From Marsupella aquatica (Eukaryota > Plantae > Marchantiophyta): a DNA stretch of 64,000 nt. The DNA lies in contig OZ316897.1 of the NCBI GenBank assembly GCA_973895155.1, positions 8,269,832 through 8,333,831 on the forward strand. Direction: 5' to 3'. A model generated the notes under the pieces. The model made no database searches and was not told where the DNA came from. It saw nothing but the letters and a program-made list of their open reading frames with translations. Position numbers and translations under genes: made by a program. How positions within the stretch are numbered: the first letter of the stretch is position 1; each line of letters opens with the position of its first letter. This document shows positions 35,938-48,433 of this stretch, one piece after another.

Positions 35938-38900
35938 GCACCGAGGGAAAAATGACTACATTTCAGATAACAAGCAATGCTCTAAAATATATATTTTCAA
36001 CAACATTTTTGGAAGTTGTATAATCATTCTGCAAAGTCTCGATGCCCTAGAATCTCAAGAAAGTGTGTAGAAATTTTTTAATCCATTTGTGACAATTGAG
36101 TTTATTTGGGCGCCCCCTGGCCTCCTTGGCTCATGAGTCATTGTGCTGCTTGCTTCCCCCCCCCCCCCCCCCCCTTGCGGGGCTTATGAATATTATAACA
36201 TATTTTTGAGTAAATTAAGTTTATTTGCTTTTTCCATTGGGCAAACTACTTAAGGCGGTATGAATAAAATGTGAAGCACTCAATCTATTCAAAGTTTTAT
36301 CTACTTTGAATAGATGAAACTTTATAAGGTCTTTATATAAGAACCAAATTAAATGTACTTTACATATTATCTTTTTTATTAAACTCTTAAAAATAGGTAG
36401 AGTAATTATGTGAGGGGAAGAGTATTGGGAGAAAGCAGTGAAGCTCTCACTAAAAAAGTGCTATGGCCACTGACATATTTTTAGGACAGAAGTGGTGACA
36501 GAGTTAGTGACAGAGAAGACTTGTGGATAGAAGTGACGATTTGGTTAGTGACACTCTACTTTATGGACATATATGTAAATAGCAATGTCCAAGCACACTT
36601 TTATGTTTCGATCCAGACCATGCAGGTTTGGTTTATCCATGAGAGTTTCATGAACAACGTGCAAGTCCATCGGGGCTTTAACTTCCTATGCCCTAGGTAA
36701 TCACAATAAAAAACCTTAGCAGTTAAATTAAAGTTTGAAGAGGACTTAAAGGAGGAGGAGTCCACACCTCAAAGTTGATACTCTCTCTCTCATTCACTAA
36801 AATTGGTATCTTATTCACTAAAATTCGTAGAAATTCCACAAAATCTGTTAAAGGGGTGAATGCACTCCATTGAAAACTAAATTTAGTGGGGAATGAGAGC
36901 CCTAGCATAGGAACATAAAAAAAACACTTACTTTAGAGGGGTGTTAAAGTAATCTAAAGTCTAAATTATACAAGTAAAAGTAAAAAATATATTTCACATA
37001 ACAGTAAAAATATATGACAAAAATTATATGACACATTAAAAATATATGACACATTAAAGTAAAAATATATGACAAAAATTGTAAGTAAGACAAAACATTG
37101 AAAAGTGGATTGTGTCAAAATATTGGGAATGCTACGCATCTATACTGAGATGTGAATGGTGCGGCCATTGAGAATGCTCCTGGGTGTATTATAGTAAGAT
37201 AGATCAGATAGATTCTTCAATCTTATTTCATTGGTACAATAAAAGAAAGAGAAAAGATAAGGAGAAACAAACAAAATAAGAAGCCGGGATGCATAGACCA
37301 CAATGTTTTAAGATGCTTGTTAGGACCCGGTGTGGACAATTGCTTGAATGTATGTACGGCTTTTAATTATTGCTTTTTAATCAAATAACACCTTTTGTAT
37401 CAATGGTCACTATTGTATAAGGTTATGACTCTAATATAACTTATTTACTTCCACTGTCCTAGCTAGGTTTTGGTATACTAGGATAGCCCTTGTTTAAGTT
37501 CTAGCCTCCCATAAAGGTGGGTAAGTATTCCCAAGACCAATGCTAGCTTGCCTTTGGCTTCATGTTCTGCCTTTGAGAGGTGGCTGACTAGGACTCACTC
37601 CCGCCCTGAGGTCCTGATCCACACCCCAAGTGCTTTCTATGGTTTGGCGGGCTATGTTCTGCCATTTTGGTCCACTTTTTCCTCTTTCTTAAATTAATCT
37701 TTGTTGGAGATTCAGTTTTACCTCTATTTGACATCTGAAAAAAGTGACAAGTGGTGATATTTGACCAAATTTGCAATCTAACAAAACCCTTTTTAAAAGT
37801 TTGCCAGGCTTTTGGGTTTTGTTCCTTGTTGTTGCTGTCAGTGGGGGACTTTGGCCAAGGATTCTCAGGCTTTTTGGCTCTTTTCTCTTCCTAGGAGTTT
37901 CCTTTGCTGTCTCCCGTTTTATTGGATCTCCTTCCTTTGGGATAGTGTCTCCCAGTTGGGAGCCGCTTGTTTTTTTTGGCAGTAATTCTTTACAATTGTT
38001 TTCTAATCTTGAACTGAATGCTTTGAACTGAACCAGAATGGACCACCATGTTGGACACAGTGCTCCCTTGGACCACATTTTGGTGATCCATGGGAGTTTG
38101 TGGCCATTAAGTTGATGATTATAAGTCCTCATATAATTCTCAATTTTGTACCTTCAAGGTAACTTAAGAAGTAGTAGATACTATAAAGCACAAGCTCCAA
38201 TATTTCATATTAACACAATGAAAATTAATCAAACTGAATTACCTCTCCTCATTAATCTATGATGAAAACTCCTCCAAACTGGCCATATATCCACTGTCAC
38301 TTTGATAGAAGTGTACCTTACATACTCCTCTAGCATATACTCACAACTCAAAAAATTTATTTGTGTTTATGAGTCCCAAGTTATTATAACTACTCGAAAT
38401 TTGGGGAAATGTGGTCTATGGGTATTTCAAATTCGAATGCTTCACTTTCAATGGACATTCGGGTCAAATGCCGTTACATGTATTGTACAGACTCTCAATT
38501 TTGCTCATACTGTACTGGACAATCAAGCTACAATAGTATACTTGTTGTTTTGTACTCGTAAAACGGTACAGTGTGGAGATGTCAGTCGAGAGCTCTGCTC
38601 CCGAGGAAGCCGAGCTGGGTTGCTCTGAAAGCTGGGTTGCTCGGCTTTCAGAGTGGTGCTCGGCGCAGGCTGATCAACCTTCAGGGAGTGGAGAATGTGA
38701 AATGGCGCATATTGTCACGTCATGAAGAACATGTAAAAATCTCTTGATAGTTTGAATCTGACGTTATGGGCGCAGGAGCATCACCCGGGAGACCCTCCAG
38801 AAGCTTTGCTCTGTGCAGCTTGCTATTTTCCTTTCTCTTCGCCTACTCTGCTCTGGTGCAGCTCAACGACCACGGTACTGCCTCTGCTTCTCGCTTTTGT

Positions 38901-41900
38901 CTCGAATGAGTGTTTTTTATTAGAACTGTAAACAAATCATCAGGGTGAACAAAAGGGCAGCCCACAAAGCGCAGGACAGTGCACCTAATACTCTTGTTGG
39001 ACAGTAAAGCTACCTGGGTATGCCGTAGTCTTCTGCTTGTGCATAATCAACCTGTTCATGCTTTTTACAAAACAACAAAAACTCATAACGCACAATAAGA
39101 CCATTATTGTGCTCTACATTGCCCTTTACTGTGAATTGGACGTATAGATTTTTCATTTTAATTCACTTCCGTCCCTGGGTCCTTGTCTCCCTTGATACCC
39201 TTGAAAATCCTTTTACTGAAAGCTCGGTAAGCCCAAATATATTGATAGACGACACAATTGAAAATCCCCTTAGAGTTCGACATTTTGGCAACGAACCTGT
39301 GAAGTTTGTGCACTTCTGGAGCTGGGAAGTGTTTGTAACAAAATTGTGGAGCAAGGAAGTTGAATGAGCCTTTGAGACTTGACTTGTGTCCAGTATGATT
39401 AAAAGATGTGTCCTCGTCTGAACGTCTTGTTTTGATGCAGACTGGTACATCTAGTTGGCATTCTACACCTTAGCATGTCTCGTGTGCCTTGCTCATGCGT
39501 TTCAGTTCAGTACCGCAAGCAGACTATCTTTGTTCGTGGGTCTTGTCGGAGGATCGATGCTTTTATATTAAAGTTGTGTGGGAAGATTGTTTCAGAGATG
39601 AGGTATTTAGCTATAGGGAGTTTGTGTCCATTGACATGGACCAGAGGCTGGTACGTGAGAAATTAGGAAGCTTGATCGTCTGCTTCTCCCTGTGGCTTGA
39701 GCTTGAAGTGTCAAACGGTGCTGCGGGTAAGGGTGGTTGGAGCTCAGCCAGCTTACACGCAGGTTAGATCTTTTGTTCATCAACTGTTCTTTTCTTCCTG
39801 TTTCCTTTCTTGATTTGGATCCAAAATTCTCAGGATGGCGCATTAAATATTATGAAAAATGTCGCTTCAAATGAGTTTTGCATTATAACAGTAGATCTGG
39901 TAGAAGTATAACAGGTTTACTAGGCACTTCAGCAAATGGCCATTGTGAGTCAAGCGAGGAATTAGACTGCTCTTGCTCGTGCATCGAACAGGGTGGGTAG
40001 TGAGGGTGGGCGAGCGTCTAACTTTGGTAACTCTTTATTCGTCAGGGATGTTCCTCCTTCTTTCGGTGTGTGTTGGGTTGTGTGCTTCTTGCTTTGCTGG
40101 AGAGCAAAGGCTTGAGATGTTTGGGAGGCCAAATCAATGAACCTTACAGGTACCATTCTATAGACACCCGAGGTTCGTTGCCAAGCTACCCTAGTTTTGT
40201 ACCTAGAACGGAATACAAAGTTACATGAGCGATCCACTCCTCCTTTTCTTTCTTAGTAAGGAACGTCTGACCCTCCTATCAATGATTCAGTCAGCACCCG
40301 TCTTGGTCCCAGCTACGCAGAACACAACTGGAACTCTTGGAGCTCTTGAAAGAAAGAGTGAAGGGAAGTGCCTGACGTAAGTTTTTAGACGTTTTCAGGT
40401 TCTTTGTGCAGATCTGGGTTGAAACAGTTGTGGAGGACTCAACATTTGCTACTGCCGAGGGATTTAAAAACTCTTTGATTTCACCACACGATAGAATGAA
40501 GTCTAGTTACAAACTTCCTCTTTTCTGCCCCAGCAGGGAAGCGTTGTATTATTTGTTTCAGCGACGTCCTATGCATCACTAGAACGAATGTCAAAACTTT
40601 ATTTAACTGTAAATATGTAAATAAGTAGGAGTTTTTATTTAAATGCTCTTCCTTGGTTGCTTTAAACTTTTCCACTGCCTGTTTTGATGTAGCAGAATGT
40701 TTCACAGTATGTTGTAAACGCTTTCCTAATATTTCGTTAAGAGGATAGAATCCAAGCTGTTGTAAATCACCGTGGAAACCATCTTGGCTCCAATCCAGTA
40801 GAGTTGTCACTGTTGTTGTTAACTTGAGACCGGAAGAGTTGGCGAGTGTTACTGTCCACCTGTGAACTCTTCTTAAGGGTCTGTTGAACTCTTTTGCATC
40901 ATTTTTTCACTTTCCACACATGTTCGTCCTGGAGAATGTTTTTGTATTGCTTAGTCGGAGCAGCTTTCCTGTTCAAATTGGACTTTGGACCTCCCATTAT
41001 CCTGCTATATGATGACTTAACCTTTCACCTACGTGTAACGGATACTAAAGTTCTTGATACATCGTGACAGATAATCCTTTGGTAGTATGTGAGGATTTTT
41101 AATCTTTTGCAAGTTAGAAATAGGATATCAAACTTTTGGACATGCTGAAGTGCAGTGAACTGAGTACAGAGGCACACGACAGAATAACCAAAATATCACC
41201 TTTTGAGTAATTATCGTTCTCGACGCGATTCAGATTCTTCTACTGCCGATCTTCCAAGACTAAAAATCCCGTGAAGTCTGTGGAAACAAAAGACGGTTGT
41301 CAGGCAGTGATTGGATTTTCTGGTTTGTTTACACGTGACTTAGACTTAATTAAGAAGAAGTGGCAGCGGCGGAAGTCTAAACTAGAGAAAGGGAACAGGG
41401 GGTATGACGAGGGTGTACTTTACGCAGGTTATAGTATTCCTCGTCAGATCTTTAATAAATGCCTTTGGGTCCCGAAATCTTGACTTATTAGTCGGTGCTG
41501 AATATGAAACTGGACATTTGTTTTTCTCCATCCTAGCTGTGGTCGTGGAATTCAGGGTACGTTCTAGATGAGAGCAACTTGGGAGATCGTAGACAACGGT
41601 ATTTCTGTACCAAAAATGTTGTCTGAACAGCCAATCGTATCACTTTCCGTAAACAGGAATGTGCAGTTATGTTTCTACACTAAGATCATCTCGTTTTTCC
41701 CAGAATCCTGAAGTTCTCTCTCTTCAAACTTTTAGTTGAATGCGTAGGTTGAACCGCTGGATTAGGTCGTTCAAGCTCCCAAGCGGCCTTTTCTAAAGCG
41801 TTTTGTGAAAATGATAATATCATCTTGAGGAGTTCTCTGAGTTAATCTGACTTTACTTTTGGATCTGGAGTCTTCCGTAAGTATGTGGAGCCTATTACGG

Positions 41901-44434
41901 GGATAGAAAACTTTAATGCTACCCATTTCAACCCAAATCTGCTGGACTAGATTCCATGGAGGGGACTGGATGCCCGTGCCCAAAACCAAGTAGTAAAACC
42001 CTCACCTTCATTTAAAAAACGAAGAATGAACATTCTGCGTCGCTCGCAGAAAAAACTTGGCCTTGCTGGAGTTTTGGTTGTAGTTTAATGTTTCTATTTC
42101 AAATTCTCAATTTTAATTGTGAAGTGAAGATTGACAATACTCCAAAAATTCAACAGAAATTCTCCACAACTATTTGGTCTGGCTGGACTGCGTATTTTCC
42201 AAAGAAACTCCAGTGCTTTTCTCCCGAAAGGTCGATGCGAAGCATTTTCCCACGAAGCACTCGCACGACCCTCTCTGGTCACGTTTGTCGGTGCCAGAAC
42301 AGTGCAATTGTACTGCCGCTCGTGTCGTCTGTATTCTTGGTGGGCAGTATGTACTGTATATTAGTGATTGATTTCCTTGCATTTCATTTCGGCAAGCTCT
42401 CTCTACTGTCAGTCAACGTCAATTGAGACGAACCTCAGCGTCCCTATCGTGCTGCTAAGGTAGCGGTAGCTAGAAGATTCTGCATGTGCACCATGTGAAT
42501 TGTCCCACACACCAAAACGCACAGACTGGGAATAGGACCGCTTTTTGCTCTGATCGGCTACAGTACTGAATTATCTGAGCTCCTTCCTCATGCGAAAAGC
42601 TTTTGTTCGGGTGTCGATGTTCAGCCAGACTTTTCCCCCCCATGACTTGACAGTCCACATCTATCATGAGCTGTGCCCCGACAGTGCTACCAGGCGGCAG
42701 CAGAGGCTAGGGAACTACTATTCTAACTATTCAGTCCCCGGGATTCAGTCGATCAACTCGCCCTCACCCCAGTAGTGACAGACTCCTGTACAACTTAATG
42801 GGTCCCTTGCCAATGAAAGTCATCACCAGCACCAGTGGCTCATTTCTGGGACTTGCTGCCAGCAGCCGTGTAGAGCGCTGTCCACCGCGTTGCAACTGCT
42901 GGTCTGCCACGCTGTGAGATGGAACTGTACCGCGCGGCGAGATCGTGAGCAGAAGACCACCTATACCGGTTGGGGCGATTCTGAACTGGACTGAAGACTG
43001 TTACTTCGGCAGTTTGACAGCCCCTCTCGTAGGGTGTTTACAACGAGGTCCAACATCGCTTCTGGTGAGTGGTGAGCTACTCTTTGCTTTATGCCATATG
43101 CGATGAGAATAGATTGGTCGTGGTACTGCATTTGTATCGATTTGTCTGTTTGTTGTTCAGTGCCCCGGCCCGTTCGATAAATTTCTTCACAGCTGCAATG
43201 GATCACCAGGGTAAGTTTGGTCCCAAGGAAAATGTATTTATTTTCGTAGGTCTCTCAAACAACTCCAGTCTGGGTGTCAGATTCCGCAGTGCTGGGTGTT
43301 GAAAGTGGTGGAAAGCGTTTAACTTCGGGATATGTGTTTTCGTACTTCGAGTTCTTTTCCAAAGTCACCTGGGCATTTCATTAGACATGTAGTTAACGAA
43401 GTGGGATCGTAGTGCGAGTCTCCTCATTCGCCCGAAATTGCTGCGACTGTTTACATCCTCATTGAGAGAAAGAGGAAGAGCGAGGAGGGACAATGGCTGA
43501 CTGTCTTGTTGTTTGCTGTGTGATGAAGGGCGTACTTGCCTGAGGCTTCGTCTTAAGAGTCCTTGATGTGGAGAAATGGATTGAGAAGACAATCGGTGCT
43601 TCAGTTCCTGCTAAGCTGCAGAGTTTGGGTGGCCTTTGAAAGCTGGAAATGGACGGCACCAGGCAGGACAGGGCTTGCGTGACACGGCAAACATCTCCGG
43701 TCTTCTGCATTGTACCCGCAGGGAACGGACTCTCTGATGGAGTATTGAGGAAGCTGGGAAGTAATCATAAAGTGCCTCAATTGGATGCTTGATAGCTTGG
43801 GCCGGGTTGGGTCTCTGTACTGATGTACACAACAGATAAGTGGACACCTTCTCCTTGTGAGGCTGTGGCAACAGGGCCCTCTTTTTTGTGTAGTTACCCA
43901 GAGAGTAGAGAGTACGGGATCCTTCCACGTTCCGTCCATCAACGAATATATAGTAGGATGACGATTCACGGAGCAGATTGGATTCATCCTATTTCGGCCC
44001 ACAGGACTCCCTCGACTTCTTCAAATAAGTTGCGTATGAGAAACTGTAGAAGCTGAGGAGTACTTCATCGAGTTTGTAACCACACTCTGCCGCTGTGGTC
44101 TTTACGCTGTGTTTATTGGCAGATCCGACTCATTCTCTTTCTTAGACGGAACGCTCGACTGTCAACTCACGAGTTAGTCTCCTTAGCATGCTGCCTGTCA
44201 AACTTTCCACAATCCTTCTTGCTTTGAAAACGGAAATCTCTCTCGACGTACAAGATGGTGCCGGCTTTTGAGAATGTAGCGGTGAGTGAGCTCCGTCGCT
44301 TTGGGAGGCTGAATTTTGGGAACTGCAGAACGATGGTCTGATTGAAGTTGATGATGGAGGAGAGAAGCATTAGGAGTCCTTGAAGGCTTTCTGATGGTAG
44401 GCGGCTAGGATTTAGTATTTACAAATACTCAACA

Positions 44435-46177
44435 ATGGCCAAGAAAGAGGGAAGCTTCGCTGGCTGGTTACAAAGAGTTCGACGTACAGGAGAGTACAGC
44501 GACCTTCTTGTTCGAATTGGAAGTGTTGACTTTCACCTCCACATGTTACCTTTCCTCAATGGCTCCTCCTACTTTCGAGACCTGCCCCGGCTCTGTTCAC
44601 GCCCAGCAACAGGAGTGGTAGGCACAGAAGTCGTTAGCGTAGAATCAGAGATAGGGTCTGGATCCGTGTCCGCACCATGTGTCCAAGTTGTGGACCTCTC
44701 CGATTTACCAGGAGGCGCAGAAGGTTTTTCGGCTGCAGCTGATTTCTGCTACCTCTTGAAACCCACCTTCACTTTGCAAAATGTTGCCCAGATCCGTGCT
44801 GTGGCGGAGTTTCTGGGCATGATTGACTTACTGGAGAGTACCAAGAAGTTCCTTTACGTGAATGTGTTCAGCCATTGGAGGTTCAGTGCCGCATTTCTGC
44901 AGCAGTATAAGAGATTGGACTCTCCAGTGGACGAATATATTGAGTCCAGATGCCTGAAGGTGATCGTTGTGGCATGCACCAAGGCATTTGGTGAAACGAA
45001 ATACTTATCTGCACCCATGCCGTTAGCCAGCTCGGTGGCCACTGGTGCCACTTGGCAAAGCTCTCCATCTCAGGCCCTGACGGAGATCATTGTCCAAGTG
45101 GTGTCACTTCCAGACGTATATGTCGCAGAGGTGGTCGAATCTCTCGTGGAAATGCAAATCAATCTCAACCTGAAATGTCGGCAGGGACGAAATGTAAGGA
45201 GCTGGCTGGACAGCGTTTTGGCAGATGAGTGCGTCATCGACAAGGCTAGGTGCTGGATGGTTCTGTGTCTCTCTCGCCTCTTGCTGAAGGGAGCTCCCAC
45301 TAGTCGCCCTTGGCTTGAGCTCTCGTCTCAGTACTGGTGTAGCTTGCTGGAGCATGTGGATAACTTACTGTCTGTTGTAGACGAGCCCATGCAGGAGAGG
45401 CTGGTGCCAGTCAAGAAGCTCATGGAGCACAAAATTGGTGCGAGTCTGTTCGAAATCGATGACTACTTGCATGCCTATCAGTTCGGGCCTGAAACATTGT
45501 TGGCATTGGTGCAGTATTTTATCTCAGAAGGAGACCATGGTCACGAAGCGTTAGAAGAAATAGCCGAGGAAGTGGATGGATTTATCTGGAATTATGCAGA
45601 CGGTACTTCAGTTCTATCCTTCAATGTGTTTGTAGGCCTGGTCATGGCATTTCCTGCTGGATCTCGGCAGTCCCATGACACTCTCTACGGTGCCATTGAG
45701 AAACTGCTTGCGAAGAGCAACAGCTATTCTCCGGACGAGAAGCAAAGTCTGTGGAGACTGATAGACAGGTCAAAGCTGAGCCCAGTAGAGTACGAGAAGG
45801 CGTTGAATAACCCTGGCTTTTTATGTCAACCACATATTCTCGAGAGTGTTCTTCAGCAACACAGTGAGGAACTGGCCAAAGTGCCCGATGGAGATGGTCG
45901 CAACCTCCGGCACATCATGCAGAAAGTGATTAACGCGAGCTTGAAACTCTTGGAGGAGAACTCTCGGCGGTCAAAGGAGATTCTCGAGTTACAAAAGCAG
46001 TATGCAGCCTTATTAGGTGGCAAGATTTGTCCTTCAAGAGACAGTTGCTACAACAGTCCTGATCTTTTCAGAAAAAGTATAAATGGAGGAGAATCCCATA
46101 TCATAACTTATCCAGAAGAGGAAGAGACGGAGATAAGCTCAGAAGGCTCTGAATCTCAGCACATTCCCAATATCTAG
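44435..46177 (+). CDS. BTB/POZ- and NPH3-domain protein (NRL/NPH3-RPT2-like, divergent), intronless, 580 aa
   Basis: N-terminal BTB segment (YSDLLVRIGSVDFHLHMLP; DLPGGAEGFSAAADFCY, compare NRL IPGGAEAFELCAKFCY). NPH3-domain C-terminal motifs: VDGFIWNYAD, RQSHDTLYGAIEKLL (compare RxxHDGLYRAIDIYL) and LIDRSKLS (compare MDCQKLS). A predicted coiled coil (LKLLEENSRRSKEILELQKQY) and an acidic tail follow. Confidence 0.88.
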   Translation: MAKKEGSFAGWLQRVRRTGEYSDLLVRIGSVDFHLHMLPFLNGSSYFRDLPRLCSRPATGVVGTEVVSVESEIGSGSVSAPCVQVVDLSDLPGGAEGFSAAADFCYLLKPTFTLQNVAQIRAVAEFLGMIDLLESTKKFLYVNVFSHWRFSAAFLQQYKRLDSPVDEYIESRCLKVIVVACTKAFGETKYLSAPMPLASSVATGATWQSSPSQALTEIIVQVVSLPDVYVAEVVESLVEMQINLNLKCRQGRNVRSWLDSVLADECVIDKARCWMVLCLSRLLLKGAPTSRPWLELSSQYWCSLLEHVDNLLSVVDEPMQERLVPVKKLMEHKIGASLFEIDDYLHAYQFGPETLLALVQYFISEGDHGHEALEEIAEEVDGFIWNYADGTSVLSFNVFVGLVMAFPAGSRQSHDTLYGAIEKLLAKSNSYSPDEKQSLWRLIDRSKLSPVEYEKALNNPGFLCQPHILESVLQQHSEELAKVPDGDGRNLRHIMQKVINASLKLLEENSRRSKEILELQKQYAALLGGKICPSRDSCYNSPDLFRKSINGGESHIITYPEEEETEISSEGSESQHIPNI

Positions 46178-48076
46178 ACGACTAATTCTTGTCAATACCA
46201 TTTGAGGCGCTTCGGCTCTCCTGTTCTGCAAGAGGGGCTCAAAATGGTTTTGACATTCTTAGCTAGTAGGATCCGCTTCTCAAGGAAAAAAGTGCCACCT
46301 TCGCACTGGCAGTCTATCCGCTGTAAACTAGTCATCAGACATTAATTAGGACAGGATAGTGCACAACAGTGTTTCGAGTTACATGTACATCCATCTCATC
46401 AATCTACACCACGTGAAGTTTGCTTTTCCATTTGAGCACTACAGGTTTTATGATACATAGTCGGACCAAAATGGTCTTTCAAAATTGTCTATGGTTTGAT
46501 ACCCTGCAGCTAGAGATTTGAGAGTTAATGAACATATGCTGAGATCGTTGCGGAGTAAAAGAAGTGAGGTCAAGGGAATAGAATTATACTCGGTGTTCAA
46601 CTACTTTAGAGCTAGGAGAAGGTCATCTACTTGGTGAAAAAAAAACTCATTCCCAACAAATGCATAATGTTCTGATACTGGCACTGGCACGAGAGCAAGC
46701 GTTCGCTCTTCCGCTAGGCTCTATAGACCTTGCTACCTTCCTTTTTTCCTTGAAATCGAATGTGGATGAGCAATCAATACTTCCTCCACATTGGGCAGTT
46801 CAGTCACCTATAAAGTCAATCGCAATCCAAAATTTGCTTCATAAATATGAGCAATCTCCATGTAAGCTATGACTGTCAATCTTGTTCACCTAGAAAGTTA
46901 TGATTGTGAATCTTGTTGGACAATATTGCGACAGTGATGTCAACTATTGTTGAACAGCTGGTCGAAATCACATGAAAGTGCGTCAAAGTAGGTTTGCTTG
47001 TAGATTGAGGTCCTTGTCATGAAATATCCTCTGACCCGGGTGTCAGAGGTCCACGTCCTGAATTGGAAGCATGAATCTCTGAAATCCAAATCCTTGAACT
47101 CAGCAGAAACCATAAATGGAGGGGCACGGGATGCATGAAAATGATACGAGCTCAAGCGAGTTCCTGAATCGCATGGAACCCCAACTTCCCCACACCCCCT
47201 CAAAAACAAAATATTGCAGTTCACCCTAGTTTCTTTCGCTCCACTCTGTACCATCCTTGCCTCCCAACTTTCAACATTCATATGTCTCAACTAGACCCAT
47301 AATGACCGACAATTTTCAGAGCCACGCAACCGACCCTTGAAAATTTGTGTCCTCCATGACTGTCTTGTCTCGTCATTTTACTCGAGTCGCTTGGGCTAGC
47401 TACCTGCAGTAGGCGCTATGAGCTCTAGACTAGGACTACTCCTCAATGGCTCAACTCCAGAAGTCGGTGGTCCGTGATCAAGACCAGATTAATTCAAGAC
47501 ATTCGAGCAGTGTCGACAATTATCTCTGTCACAGTCCTCATTGCAGCTAGTATATAGCACATCATCATTTTTGCCTCAAAGGTGGTCCCAGTGACCTGCA
47601 AACATGGTACACGCAACCTTTTTCAGAATGACTCACTGATGAGAAAGCAACGTTGTAAACTCTTCGACAATAGTCACCAATGAAACCCAACACAACACCA
47701 GCAACGCGAATCGAATTCCCACACGTGAGGATGAAAACTACTGATGACCCAACACTGCAAAAGAAGTAAAGAACAGATCATTCTGCAGCTGACACAATGA
47801 ACAGTTGTACCGCGGATCGAGGTAGCAGACTTCAATGAATTCCTTCGCTTTATGTTAGAAGAAAAGGGCTACAGAATGCGAAACATAAGTGCTCTCTCAG
47901 ACCCGTCTCAGCTACAGGCTTGACCTATGGGAATTAACTCATGGATGCTGTCAAGAGATTCATAATTACAGTGACGGTCAGCCTGAGTCCGAGAGTCAAT
48001 ACTCAATCCGTCTTTGTAGTCAGTGCTCAGTTGACGATACACCTCGGGACCAACCCCAGTCCCCTAAAAGGTCGTG

Positions 48077-48433
48077 GGGAGACGCTTTCAGATGTCATTA
48101 CTAACATTCTAGGATGGATCAATAAATCAATTTGTCCATGGTGCACATTAGTGCACTGTATACAAACAGATCAGGGTTTTTATTCCTCACTTAATGACAG
48201 CACCCTTCAAACTGTTCAAAGGGGAAAGTGGGAAACAGATTGGAGGGTGTATCAATGCTGATGACACTTACCATTTATCTCTCGGGAGACGCTTTCAGAT
48301 GTCATTAATACCTACTGTAGGATGGATCAATTTTCCATGGTCCACTGTATACCAACAGATTGGAGTTTTGTTTCTTAATAAAAGGCACGCTCAAGGGAAA
48401 ATAACAGATTGCAGGGTATATCAATGCTGATGA
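48077..48433. repeat. Imperfect tandem duplication (48077-48264 and 48284-48433)
   Basis: Both copies start GGGAGACGCTTTCAGATGTCATTA and end ATCAATGCTGATGA. Confidence 0.8.
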
